Shown: positions 51,401 to 64,000 of the stretch, piece after piece
Position numbering within the stretch: the first letter of the stretch is position 1
Layout of the letters: each line of letters opens with the position of its first letter
Notes under the pieces: generated by a model
The model's database searches: none
Seen by the model: the letters and a program-made list of their open reading frames with translations, nothing else
Told to the model about the DNA's origin: nothing
DNA from: Convolutriloba macropyga
Lineage: Eukaryota
DNA: 64,000 nt
Direction: 5' to 3'
NCBI RefSeq assembly: GCF_964194025.1
Contig: NC_134482.1
Span: forward strand, 7,874,001 to 7,938,000
Position numbers and translations under genes: made by a program

Positions 51401-52005
51401 TAGTTTGCGTCATTTGCTTAAACTTTTTTTGTAAACGCTAATGGTTTTCATTATCATTAATTTCACTTGGAAAGCCATTGCAATTCCAATTATCTTGTTT
51501 GTTGCATTTCTAGTTGCTAGTGTGAGAAAAAATTTTAGAAACCAGTACAAATGTTAATTATATTATAAAAGTTTTAGTAACTGCAGTTTAAAATTTGTCA
51601 AAGCCATATGATTGTACCATAGCTTACAAAGTGTACTAAATTATTAGTTATCCTTGTGTTGGCTGAATTAAACGTTTAGTCGTATATGTATTCACATAGG
51701 TAAAACTTTACCTCCGACTGTAAAGTCAAGTTTTCAGAATGTTCACGCTTTCCCATTTATTACTTAAAATTATCTTTCAGTCTCATCACTTTAATTCTGA
51801 TATGCAGTTGCTCTCAATCTCTCCTGTTTTGATACCAGAATTGTTCACTAGCACGTCATTAGAACAGTTCCACAATTGTAACACTATTGCCTGATATAAT
51901 TGAGAGCTGTAATCCTACACTTCACAGAATAAAGTGAATCCGCACCTCGAATCCAACTTCACTAAGTCGTTACGAATTTGTGGCCCAAAAACATATCTAC
52001 GTAGC
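45481..52005 (+). mobile_element. Decayed Ty3/Gypsy LTR retrotransposon
   Basis: Direct repeats ~45481-45944 and 51571-52005, roughly 10% diverged with eroded ends and no TSD found. Gag-like LLGMEAFWERP, RT PIV..VKRDKTVKLAID...FLDDI, RNase H IKSDASRAGLGAALEQ, integrase HLTHPG / QLDF / IRLDQA in PR-RT-RH-INT order. Many stops and frameshifts. Confidence 0.93.
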
Positions 52006-52751
52006 TAGAGATAAAACAGATCTTTATGAGATTACCAAGAAATTGTATAACCTTTTTCAGATTTTTTAAATATTTGTTTTTTTTCTCATATTTATTCGGT
52101 AAGGCATCACCTAAATGATTCCCCGGCATCATTTTGTGATCCGCTAGAAAGACCCTAATGTACGACATCATCTGCAAAATTGGTGACTCAATAAGCGAAT
52201 ATGTTCAATTAGATAACTAAAGTTTTGATATTCTCTGAAGCCAGTTGATAACTATAAATGCACATTTGTAAGAACAATAAAAAAAATGCATATAACCTCA
52301 AATTCGTTTTCCTAATATGTTCAAAATGCAAAGTTATTCTTTTCGCTCACACAAATTATCAATCAATATGGATTGCAAATGCAATAAAAATGATTTATTA
52401 TGTCCTCTGATTACATTATACGGGAATTTACGGCACCATTCAATGTTTTATGTATCAATATGACCTTGTATTGTTTACAAGAAGCTTTTTAACTTGAAAA
52501 TGATACAGTTTTTAGGCTTTGAATTTTTTGTCTGATACTTTATGGTTCCTAGGAAATTATATTTGACCCTGATATGACAACCAAGAGCTCCTACAAATCA
52601 AATATGACCCCGTATGAGTACTAAAATCTTATTTGAACTAGTAAATAAAGAAAGTTGTATGATCGGTGACGTTTAAAAACGACAATATTGAATGCTTCTT
52701 ACGTTCAGAAAACGACGATGTGTGAAAAACAACAATACTAAATTTTTCTTA

Positions 52752-52970
52752 TCCGTTAACTACGGAACAGAAGCAACAATGCCGGAGAAAAACGAGCGTT
52801 TTCGTCGTTTTTGGCAAGAACAAAATGAACATACGGACGTCTTCTTAGATTTGAAAATCTTTGGTTTTCAAATCTAAAAAGACGTCCGTATGTTCATTTT
52901 GTTCTTGCCAAAAACGACGAAAACGCTCGTTTTCCTCCGGCTTTGTTGCCTCTGTTCCGTAGTTAACGGA
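52752..52970. mobile_element. Fold-back MITE with TA TSD (Tc1/mariner-type signature)
   Basis: ta|tccgttaactacggaacag...gatttgaaaa [tctttgg] ttttcaaatc...ctgttccgtagttaacgga|ta; ~106-bp arms. Confidence 0.9.
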
Positions 52971-54119
52971 TAGGGTTTCGAAGTTCCGTAGTTAACGGAT
53001 AGTGAAATAGGGCTTCGAAGTCTAAAGCGGGATGTGCACTACGTATCTACTAGACCCTAAAATATCAAGCAAATTATGGATAAGGTTCTAAAACTTCAAT
53101 GGGTGATTGAAGTCAATGGGTCAGTTTATTAACAGAGAGAGTAGTTGATCCAGAAAAGATGCAATAGCAGGCGTTCAAGCTTGTATCGAATCTCTCTTCA
53201 TCCGCAACCCAATGCACTTTCCTATCCAAATTATGGTGAAAAAATATATCCTGAAAAAGAAGTGCAACGATGGACATTAATCAGTGACAAATACAGTTTT
53301 CTAAGTGGTTTTCAAAAAATGTGCAAATTTTTATTTCTGTAAATGAACATACAAGAGAGTCTGGATCTATCACCGCACCAAGACCATTTATGATCATGCC
53401 AGAATCTTGCAAGATCTTACAAGATACACTTTTCCCGTCTAGGGCAATTCCATTGTAAGTCTTGATCCAATTTATTTTAATTTGCTTATTCGACACAAGT
53501 TTTCGTCAGTAATATCTCACATTGACGATTGTGCAAAATGTTGGTCCTATATTTGAAGCGTCGTCCTGTCCCTTCAAATCACATATCTTCTGTTTATAAA
53601 AGTGTCAATGTAAAAATCTATTCTCTAAATCGTTCAACTTTTTATCAACTCTTGTCAATAAATGCCGTAAAATCTAGATTGAATTTGAATACCTTTCATA
53701 TTTTTCCGATTTTTCCTCTACCCGCGCGTTACATTTGATACGTTTGATTGAATAAGTTGGTTTTTCATAATTGTAAGATATTGAAAGACTTGCGAGCATG
53801 AGACTGCGATTGGATATTATTTGGCGAACCTGAAAAAAACTTTATTTGCTAAATTGGTCACAACTAACATTCTGAATGAATACCGAGAAGACCGAGAAGA
53901 TCGAGAAGACCGCTGATCGTGTAACAACAGCATCCTCGCCTTGTGATAAAAAGTCCTTGGAGATTCCTACATATATTATAGACACATCTCAGCCGGGAAT
54001 GTTTATCCATCAACCAGGGCAATCATGACTTCAAAAAGTAAGAGAGGATCAAGCCCGCTGCTAAGTCATCGCAGAGGACTCCCGCTCTAATGAAAATTTT
54101 CGGATTATTAATTCAATAG

Positions 54120-54703
54120 AAAAAACATTAAACAAGTAATCTAGATAGCAAACTCAAAGAGAAAATAGATGTCAAGTCAAGTAGATAGCGAAACCAATAC
54201 ACAGTAAACTCAATCGGGACAACGTACCATAAAATTGAGAAATGAGCATTAACCGTGAAACAATAAAAAATACTGACAAAGTTTCGGACCCCAAATATCC
54301 ACCATATCATATGTCGGAAACCAGAACTACATAGTTGACTGTACCGTTGACATTTAGGGTTCAGAGCCAAAATTATAAAAGGGATGTAAAGTTGTTTAAA
54401 AATCAGACTGCACAATTATAGCTCATCTCAATCAATGATTTATTCAAAGAGACTAACCAAGACCGCGAGGTCTTGATCTTATGACCATCAATCTTAGCCA
54501 ATACTTAGAAGATTTACAACTGAAGTACCAAAAGAACTACCTATTTCAATACGAAAAAAAAACATTAAGAAACTAATCTAGATGGCAATTAAATTAGCAA
54601 CCTCAAACGGGCAACATACCATAAAATTCATATATCCGCGTCAACCGTAAAACAAAATAAAATACTGCCAGATATTCGGACCTCATATATCAACCATTTC
54701 ATA
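54120..54703 (+). repeat. Diverged direct repeat, ~150-190-bp block at 54120 and 54555
   Basis: aaaacatta...taatctagat.gcaa...taccataaaatt...aaccgt.aaacaa...aatactg...ttcggacc occurs twice. Confidence 0.7.
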
Positions 54704-55149
54704 CAATCAGGTAAGAAATAAACACCGATTAAACAAATATAGTAGGTTTGTTCCATAATTTATTCGAAAGAAAAACCCAGGATAGCGATTTCTTGATGAT
54801 CCAATAATACTTTTTAGACAAAACATGGAAGATTTTCTAGTTAGGTATAAAAACTTCAAAAAAAATATAAAACACCAATAGAGATAGCAAAGTGTTGAAC
54901 TAAAAGGTATAAAAGTAGGTAAAGAGAACAAAAAACAGTACCCTCAATTGGGAAAACAAACGTAAAACTTAAAAAAAAACTGTCAATAAGTAAGACCTCA
55001 ACTATCCCCAAGTCAGTCTCCCCAATTGAGGCTAATATGTGTTTGTTCTTTTTATCTACTTAAAATAACCAATAGAGATAGCAAACTTTTAAACTAAAAT
55101 ATATAAAAGCAGATAACGAGAACAAACACATATCCTCGTCACCATATAA

Positions 55150-58100
55150 ATCTTCTAATGGCTACCGCAAATTAACCTCGGTTCGTTGTTTCAAATACTG
55201 CCTAGGTCACATAATGATCGAGTCCTGCTACAAGTGTGCATGGACAAACTCTGTTCCTCGGTGTCTGCGGTCGTTTTGAGCTTGTTCATATTATAATTTA
55301 AATATCTGGTTCCTACTGATAACAAAATCAGGATCTTTCTGGTTGTATCATTTTTAACGTGCTTCATCTACTTTCATCATAAAGTTTTCTCTAATTCGTA
55401 CTACAATTTCATGTCCCGTAAAGGGGAGATAATTGTAAAAGTTTGTCATTTTTGTCTGAATTTGTTCGCTGTTGAAGCTGCCTGATACTCTGAGGGAAAA
55501 AACGTGTAGCGACTGTCTCAAAGATATCGTCGTGTATCCATTCAGTTGCTGACTGTTTCAGGATGATATTGACTGCTTTCGAGCCCAATTCTGTTTGTTG
55601 CCTAAATTTTTTATGCTAGAAAAACTTTGTTGTCAATTACGGTATTCGATAATTCTGTTAGGAAACTTTTGTTTCTGTTAGTTTCTGCTATTTCTGAAAA
55701 CCAGGTATTGAGCTTTTCTGGAGAACTTTTGCCGCTGATATCTATTTTCCCTCCAACGCTTTTATAAGTAGTCCTCTTGTTCCATGATCTGTCTTTTTCA
55801 ATTTACCTGATACCAAATTCGAATCTTATGACTGAATGTTTTTCAGATTTTTTGCAGCTCTAGGGACTAAAAAATTTTTTTGGTGCTTTAACCCAACCAC
55901 AAGTGGTCACACTGTCGGCAAGAGCGGATGTTTGAAAAAACTTCATTGAACTTTGCTTCGAACAAAAGAGTCAAAATCTGTCCCCAAAACTGCAGCTTCT
56001 GGCTCTAACTTCTCGATTGTTGTTTTTTAAGGGTGGTAACTCTTCCTTTGATGAGCTCGTATCGTGTTGTTCCCTTGCCTTGAGTTGATTCGTCTAATGT
56101 AAATTATGGCTGCTATTGCAGTGCCTGACGAGTCGCATAAAAAGAGCAGTTCATTTCTGGCTTAAGGAAGAGGACTTAGGCATCTGCTGAAAAAGATATG
56201 TCCGGCGTCCGTTCATATTCGTTATTCGTGAACTCCCTGATTTATGTCGTGGGCAATTTCTCTGGGTGTATGGTGGTTCCAATTTTGATTTTGTTTGGAA
56301 ATCGATTGGAGATAACGTTGTATTAAAAATTAGAACTGAGTAGAGATTACAAGGGTATCAAAAAATGATGCGGCGAATGACAGAACTTGGCGTTCTGGCA
56401 TATTCCTGACGTCTAGTTTTAAATCTGGATTTCTGAGGATGAAAGTATCTTCCCTTGCATTCCAAGTTTGTCCTAAAAGTTGGTGCTATGACAAAAATTC
56501 TGTGATTTTTCCAGCTAAAATCAGAACAGTGTTTGATTTCTTGTGAACATTTTGCTAAATCTGAAATCACCTTTTGTCCTTTTTTAACGTGTTTTTAACC
56601 GTTTTTGAGGTCATTGCTACGGTTTTGATTGCTACTCAGCAATAGAATGGCTGAATATGTTTTCGAATTACTGCTTTTGTTACCTTCTGCATATCTATGG
56701 TGTATTTACATTGCACTCGACAATAAAAATGGCGCATAAAAATTACTGTCTGGCGCTTTAAAAAGTTTTCTCTGTCTTGTTTCTTATAAACTTGGTTGTG
56801 TCTTGATTTGCTCCTCGGTCTACCTTTACAAAGACTGCTTCAAAATCATCGTTTACTGCAATTCTGTACAGTCAAAATCTCGAAAGAATTCCAATAACGC
56901 TGCAAGGTAGAACAGTTCCAGTCAAGGGAGCTTCTTTAGTAAATGTTCTTAATAAACTGAAGCTGCTTTTTTGACTCGTACAATGTTTTTCTTAATATTT
57001 TGTTCAACTGGGTAGAGTGGGAAATGCAAGAATTGTGATTTTTAAAAAGTGGATTATTGTTCAGTCTCTCGAACTAATTTTCTTCCGTTGTCCGCTCTCA
57101 TTGCTTGTTGGTAAAAAAACACATCTGGCTAATGCTGAAGCCAATTCATAAGTAACTGCAATTCTGCTCCTACAAGAAAGTAGATGTTAGAGTTAGGTGT
57201 CATCTTTCAAAGCGAATCCGATCTCATAGCGAAATCCCTTGTTGCGTGTTTTGTTCTCCAGTGTTTCAAAATTTTTCCTATCATCTACGTACAAGATGTT
57301 TTTCTTCTTCACTAAATTGTTTCCCTTCATTGTCTAAAACAAAAAAAGGAGTTAGGTGTCAATTTCCTGATTTCCTGCTTTTTCATCCTGTTTTAGCTGT
57401 TTACTGTTTTAAATGATTTCTATTTTGTAAGTGGTTGCTTAGTATTTCTGAGGTATTGATCATCTAACGCTCCATTCAGTTCTGACAGGATTCCGCATTG
57501 CGTTTCGCTTGGCCTTGTTGTGGATTTGAGTGGTACATTTCCCGTTACAACATCAGTTTTGACAAAAATCCCATTCTGTTATCTGGTAATTGGGGCAAAA
57601 CTGATTTTGTTAGGATTATGTCAGTGGGCTCAGATGGAGAAAACTGGTTACTTCAAGGTTTTCTTTAGATGAAATGGAATGCTTTCCGTAAAGTGACATA
57701 CACTAGTATTGCACCATGATCTGTTTTTTCGAGTATTTTGCTATTGTCTTTTATTTGTGTCTTGTTGCTCCCGCTCTCCAAAGGGGCAAACATTTCAATT
57801 GAAACCACTTCTGTGTAGATCATCAGTAAAATAGCTTAAAATTGAAATCGAGATTGTAATCACAAGCTGATTTAATTCTTACTGCAAGTGTTCAATTCGT
57901 CTCTGGTTGCTTTTGTCATTGTTGCCAAAGTTTAATTGTCTGAGGTTTGAACGCTGATTTTTTAAGTCGGACTTAAATTCTCTAAAAATCAAGATTGAGG
58001 GCGGAAATTTGATGACGTGTATCCCGTGTTGGACTCGTCATTCAGTTGTAATTGTCTGATACCGGTTTATGTGAATCAGGATATTGACTTGCATATTCTT

Positions 58101-61100
58101 TAATCTTAGTTTTATTCAAATTTTTTAGGTTAAATTTAACTTATGAGTATTTTATATAATTTTCAACACATTCTTTGTAGCCAACATTCCTTTCTTCACT
58201 TTACCATATGATTCAATGAATTATTTTCCTTCTTGCTTGTTCACCTTGTTGATTTAATGGTTTTAACTCTAGATTTTGCTGATCCCGTATTCTCTTGTTT
58301 TCTCTTGCTTTGAGCTGATTCGTCTAGTTTAAATTATGGCTGCTGATGCAGTTCCCGTAAATTATGAGCCGCTCATTACTGGCATAACGAATACGATTTA
58401 GGCAACTCCAGAAACAGATGTCCGGAGTCCGTTCAAATTCCTGAACCCGCTGTCTCACGTATGGGGAAGTTCTCTGGAAGTATAAAGATTCCAGCTTTTA
58501 CCTTGTTTGTTAGTCTACTAAAGAAAACCTCAGAGTCGAAATTAGAACAAAATTAATGAAGGCAATGGGATCAAACAAGGGTGCTACGAGTGACAGAATT
58601 TGACGTTCTGGCATATTCTTGATATCTAGTTCTAAAGTTGGTTCTCTAATGATAAAAATATTTTCCCTTTCGTTCCATGTTTGTCCTAATTTTTGGTGCT
58701 CTGACACAAGCTCGGTGATTACTTTCGCTAATTTCAGAACAATATTTGAAATTTTATTTATCATTTTGAGGTGCTTGAAATCATCGTTTTTAATTCTGCG
58801 ACGTGTATTTAGCCGCTTTTGCGGTGATAATTGCGTTTTCGATTGATACTCGACAAAAAATTTCTATGGTTTAGTAAGCGTTAGAACTACTGAAGTTGTT
58901 ATCTTTTGCAAACCTATTGTGTTTGCATATTGAACTCGACAATGAACATACCGCAAAAAATTACTGTCATGCACATGAAAATGTTTTCTATATAATTGTA
59001 CCAATAAAATTACTTGAGTGCGTCTGGATCGATTGCTTGCATGTTTACCTATATAGGCACTGCTTGAATAATAATGTTTAATGCAATTCTGTACAGTCAA
59101 AATCTTAATTGAAGTCCCAAATGCTGCAAAGTAGATCCGGTCCGATCAAGTGAGTGTTTTCAATGATTTTTCTTTATATACTGAAGCTGCTTTTGTGGCT
59201 TGCATTATGTTTTTTCGAAATTTTGTGTTCAACTGAGCGGAGTAGGAAACGCCAGATTTGTGAATTTTCGATCGCCAATTTTTGTCGTGTCTCTTGACCA
59301 AATTTTCCTCCGATTTCCGGTCCAATTGTTTGTTGGTAACGAAAACATAGATCTGGATACCGCTGAAGGCGAATCATTTATGACTGCAACTCTGCTTCTG
59401 CTAGAAATTAGTTGTAAGGGAGTTAGGTGTCATCTTTTGAGTAAAATCCGATCTCATAGCAAAATCCATTGTAGCGTGTCTTCTTCTTCAGTGTTTCGAC
59501 ATTATTCTTATTGTCTGCGTACAAGTTGTCTTCGTATACAATATAAATTTCCCTTTATTGTTCAAAACAAAAAAGGATGTTTAAATCTTTTTCGTGATTT
59601 CCTGATTTTTGATTCTGTTAAAAAAGCGCACAATTTTCAACTATTTTTTTCTGTTAGTGGTTGATTTGCTTTTCTTGGTATTGGTCCTCCAATTCTGACC
59701 GGATTCCGCATTGCGTTTCAAGTGGCCTTGTTGAGTGCTACAGTTCACGTTACTACATCAGTTTTGACTCATATCCCATTCTCTTATCTGGTAATTGGGG
59801 GAAATGAATGTTGTTAAAATTATCGCAGTTGGCTCAGAAGCAGCTGAACTTTTTAAATGTTACGACAGGCATTCAATAGTTGGCGCAGTTTTGGCAGACA
59901 CATGAAGAGAGGTCAAGCGCTGTTGAGAAAACTGTTTACTTCAAGGCTTTCTTTAGATGAATTTAAATGTTTTCCGTAAAGTGACATAGACCAGCATTGC
60001 ATCATGATCCGTATTTTTAGCGTATTTTGCCATTGTCTTTTAATTTTTTCTTGTTGCTCCCGCTCACCAGAAGAGCAAACACCTCAATTGAAACCTCTTC
60101 TTTGTAGGTCATCCCTAAAATTAAACTCAAAATTGTAATCACAAGCTGATTTGATTGTTGCTGCAAGTGTTCATTTTGTCCTTGGTTGATGTTGTTATTG
60201 TTGCCAAAGTTTTGTTGTCTGAGGTTTGAGTGTTGATTTTGTAAGTCGGACTCAACTTCTCTAATAAATCAAGATTAGATTGTGGGCGGAAATTTAATGA
60301 TATGTATCCTGTGTTGGAATTATCATTCAGTTGTAATTGTCTGTCACCGGTTTATATGAAGCTTGATTTTGACTTGCTTATTCTCTAATCATAGTTGCAT
60401 TCAAAATTTTTAGATTCAATTTAACTTATGAGTATTTCATATAAATTTCAACAAATAATTTGTAGCCAACATTCCTTTCTTCACTTTACTATATGATTAA
60501 ATGTATGATTTTCCTTCTTGCTCGTTCACCTTGTTGATTTGAAGGTTGCCACTCTATCTTTTGCTGATCCCATATTCTGTTGTTTTCTCTTGCTTTGAGC
60601 TGATTCGTCTAGATTAAATTATGGCTGCTGATGCAGTTCCCGATGGGTCGTAGAAAATGTGCAGCACATTCTTGGCATAAGGAAGAGGATTTAGGCATCT
60701 CCAGAAACAGATGCTCGGCGTCTGTTCGAATTCCTGAATCCGCTGTCTCATGTATAGGGAAATTCTCTGTAATTATAAATATCCCAGCTTCTACCTTGTT
60801 TGTTAATCTACTATAGAAAACCTCGTAGTCGAAATTAGAACGAAGTAATGATTACAATGGGATCAAACAAGGGTGATGCGAATATCAGAATTTGACGTTC
60901 TGGCATATTCTTGATTTCTAGCTCTAAATCTGGTTCTGTAATGATGAAAACATTTTCCCTTCCTTTCCACGTTTGTCCTAATTTTTGGTGCTCTGATACA
61001 AGCTCGGTGAATTCTGTTGCTAAATTCAGAACAATATTTGAATTTTTTAACATTTTGTGGTGCTTGAAACCACCATTTGTCTTTTTGTGACGTGTTTTTG

Positions 61101-62820
61101 ACCGTTTTTGCCGTGACTATTGCGTTTTCGATTGATACTCGACAAAAAAATTCTATGGTTGAGTAAGTGTAAGGACTACTAATTTGTTATTTTTTGCAAC
61201 CCTATTGCCTATGTAAAAAGAACTCGACAGTGAACATAGCGCATAAAATTACTGTCTGGCACATGAAATTGTTTTCTCTACCTTTGTTATAAACAACAGT
61301 TGAGTGCATCTTGATCTATTGCTCGTGTGGCTACCTGTATATACACTGCTTCGAACTCATTGTTTACCGCAAATCTGTACAGCCATTATTTCAAAAGAAG
61401 TCCAAGAAGGCTGCAAAGTGGATCCGGTCCGATCAAGTGAGCTTTTTCAGTGATTGTTCTTTAAATACTGCAGCTGCTTTTGTGGCTCTTATTATTCTTT
61501 TGAGAATTTTGTGTTTGTGTTCAACCAAGTGTAATAGGAAACACCAAACTTAAGAATTTTCGAACGCCGTTTATCGTTGTATCTCTTGAACAAATTCTCC
61601 TCCGATTTCCGGTCCAATTTTTTGTTGGTAACGAAAACACAGATCTAGATACTGCTGAAGGCGTTTCAAAAGTGACTGCAATTCTGCTCCTGCTAGATTG
61701 TACTTGTAAGGGAGTTAAATTTTATCTTTTGAAAGAAATCCAATCATATCAAAATCCATTGTAGCGTGCCTTCTTCTTCAATGTTTTTTTTCTTCTACAA
61801 GATGTTTTTGTATTCAGTATATTTTTGCCTTCATTGTCCAAAACGAAAAAGCATGCGGAAACATGTTTCCTGATTTCCCAATTTTTGGTTTTGTTAAAAA
61901 AATGAACAATTTTCATTTAATTTTTTTTCTGTTAGTAATTGCTTTGCTTTTCTGTGGTATTGATCTTGTAGCGGTCCGTGCAACACCTACAAGATTCCGC
62001 ATGGCTTTTCGGCTGGTCTTGCTGTGAAAATGAGTGATACCGTTTTTATGACTACATCATCTCCAACAAAAAGCCCCATTCTGTTATCTTGTAATTTGGG
62101 GAAGTTGGTGTTGTTAAGATTATCGTAACCGGCATAGGTGGAGCTCAATTTTTTGAATGTTACGTCAGGCATTCAAAAATTGTCGCAGGTTTAACAGACC
62201 CATGAAGAGAGTTTAAACGCCGTTTAGAAAACCATTTACTTCAGAGCCTTCTTTTGTCGAAATGGTAATTTTTCCGTAAATCGATATAAACTAGTTTTGT
62301 TCTAGAATCTGTATCTTTTGCCTGTTATTGCCCTTTTGTTTGTCATTTGTGTCCAAAGGAGAATACGTTTCAAAAGAAACCTCTTCTGTGTAGATAATCA
62401 CCAGAATTGCCTGAAGTTTACTTCGAGATTGTAATTGCGAGCTTATTTTATTGTTGCTGCAAGTGTGCTGTTTTTGTCTCGCGGTGCTGTTGTTATTGTT
62501 GCCAGAGTTTTGTTGTCTGGGGTTTTATTGTTGATTTTGTAACTCGGACTCAACTTCTCTAATAAATCAAGATTGTGGGCGGAAATTTGATGAAGTGCTT
62601 CCCGTGTTTGACTCAACATTTAGTTGTAATTGTCCGACACGGGAAGCTGGGCTTTGACTTGCTGCGTCTCCATTCTTGGTTGTATTCAAAGCATTTCAGA
62701 TTAAATTCAACATATAAGTTTGTGATATAATATCACTCTTTTCTTTGTAGCTAACATTACTTTCCTCGGCTGACAGTTTGTGTGATCGGATGATTTTCGT
62801 TATTGCTTGTTCATTTTTCA
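55150..62820 (-). mobile_element. Decayed BEL/Pao gag-pol with a tandem triplication of a ~2.28-kb segment
   Basis: Each unit holds a gag tail, a protease-like segment, an RT N-half (GPDPLCSLLG), PERQILSLVAPLFDP and an RNase H D.SG.A.AAIIY-like motif. Anchor aaattatggctgct at 56101, 58331 and 60616. After the last unit the reading continues into KGRVTTLKK.TIEKLE and integrase-side remnants. Confidence 0.85.
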
Positions 62821-64000
62821 GCGTCCTCATCTCATCTCTGTTGCAGACTCCTGCTTCTTCTCTGCTGCTCTGATTCAGAGATAGAACAGATGTTTTTTCT
62901 GCCGTGCTCTGTTTTTTGCTCTGCTTGATTTATTGCATATTTTTGCAAATTAAAAGAGGATCATAGGTCGTGGAGGCTTCATAGCTTTGATTGTAATTCG
63001 AAATGTTGCAGTCCGTTTGCAAAAAATTTGCGGCTCAGTCCTTCTCTGGCGCTCTGAGAATTTATCGTACCAACTCTGTTGTAACTGATTTTGAGTGGTC
63101 TTTTCTATTGTTTCCAGCGAAATCAAACTCAACTGTTAAATTTTCCTATTATGTTCTTTAATTGTGTAGCGGTGGATGAACACTATCTGCTCGGTAGCCA
63201 AAAAAAAAAATTACCCGCATCCTGGAAAAATAAAACTGCGTCAAAAAGAAAGTAGTCTCCTTTAGAAATATGGAGAGGTTCTTCGCATAAATAGAACCAG
63301 CTAATTTTTCGTTTCAGGAGTGGGAAATGACAAAATTTTGTTATATATAAGATACCAAGAATACCAAAATTACATTATGTACAGAATTATGATACTAGGT
63401 ATGTTTTTTGTAGGTTTGAAAATTCTTAATTCGTACTTCGGATTACAACCCGTTGCATTTTTGTTCACTTAGTACGTTGGAATAGTTTCAAATTTAAATT
63501 GAAAGTAATTCGTTATTGTGACACACTCTTTTGCAGACTTTATTTCTTTCAATATTTTGTTCTTTTTTCGCATTTTACTGTTTTTTTATTATCCTTTCTT
63601 TCTTCCGTATATTTTAAATCTCAACCCTGCTTTTTCGTTATCGTCAATAGCTGTCGTTGTTTCTTAATGGTTCTTTTAAACAGCAAACAATTTGAGTTAT
63701 AAGAAAAATAGGAAATGGTTATAGGAAGAGAAATTTGAAGTACTGTCATTGTTAGTTTATCGGTGCTTCAAACTCAGTAGTTTAGCTGCCTTCAATATGT
63801 TTTCCGTTAGAACACCACCAATGCTCAACATTACTCTCATGTCTTTTTCAGATTGCAATGCAATGCTACTTTGCGTAATTGAGTAAAAAGAAAACACAAA
63901 GTATATTTATCAACAATAATTCAAAAATGAATCAATGTTGATGATCAATATAGATGAATAAAAAAATATATGCCTTGCAAGAGATCTTCAGCAGTTTCTG

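Noticed and set aside
50700-51570. Possible env-like ORF between Gypsy integrase and the 3' LTR
   Set aside because: Only a Ser/Pro-rich decayed integrase tail and an AT-rich UTR; no signal peptide, TM or furin site.
53772-53971. Possible solo LTR (tgtaag...cctaca with ccgagaaga repeats)
   Set aside because: The flanks ataat/tatat do not form a clean TSD and there is no second copy in the window.

Overview
AT-rich, transposon-saturated eukaryotic DNA with spliceosomal introns, probably an invertebrate (a basal bilaterian or acoel-like genome is only a weak guess). There is one 200-N scaffold gap. The main host gene is a 5-exon, minus-strand 7TM receptor of the GPR157/cAMP-receptor-like family (44132 to 23460, about 415 aa), which the ORF track shows only as fragments. 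Its introns hold a full-length Copia LTR retrotransposon (609-bp LTRs, TAACT TSD) whose Gag ORF begins with an unexpected signal-peptide-like leader. Also present: an F-box-like ORF, a decayed Gypsy element, BEL/Pao remnants (including a 2.3-kb triplication with a mosaic middle copy), two near-perfect fold-back MITEs, and at least ten different non-autonomous DNA elements. Those elements share CCC...GGG termini (mostly CCCGGGTYGA-like) and 2-bp TSDs (CACTA/EnSpm-like), and most carry their own internal motif array; one contains a tRNA-Gly-derived Pol III cassette. All identities and counts are by eye; no database searches were run.
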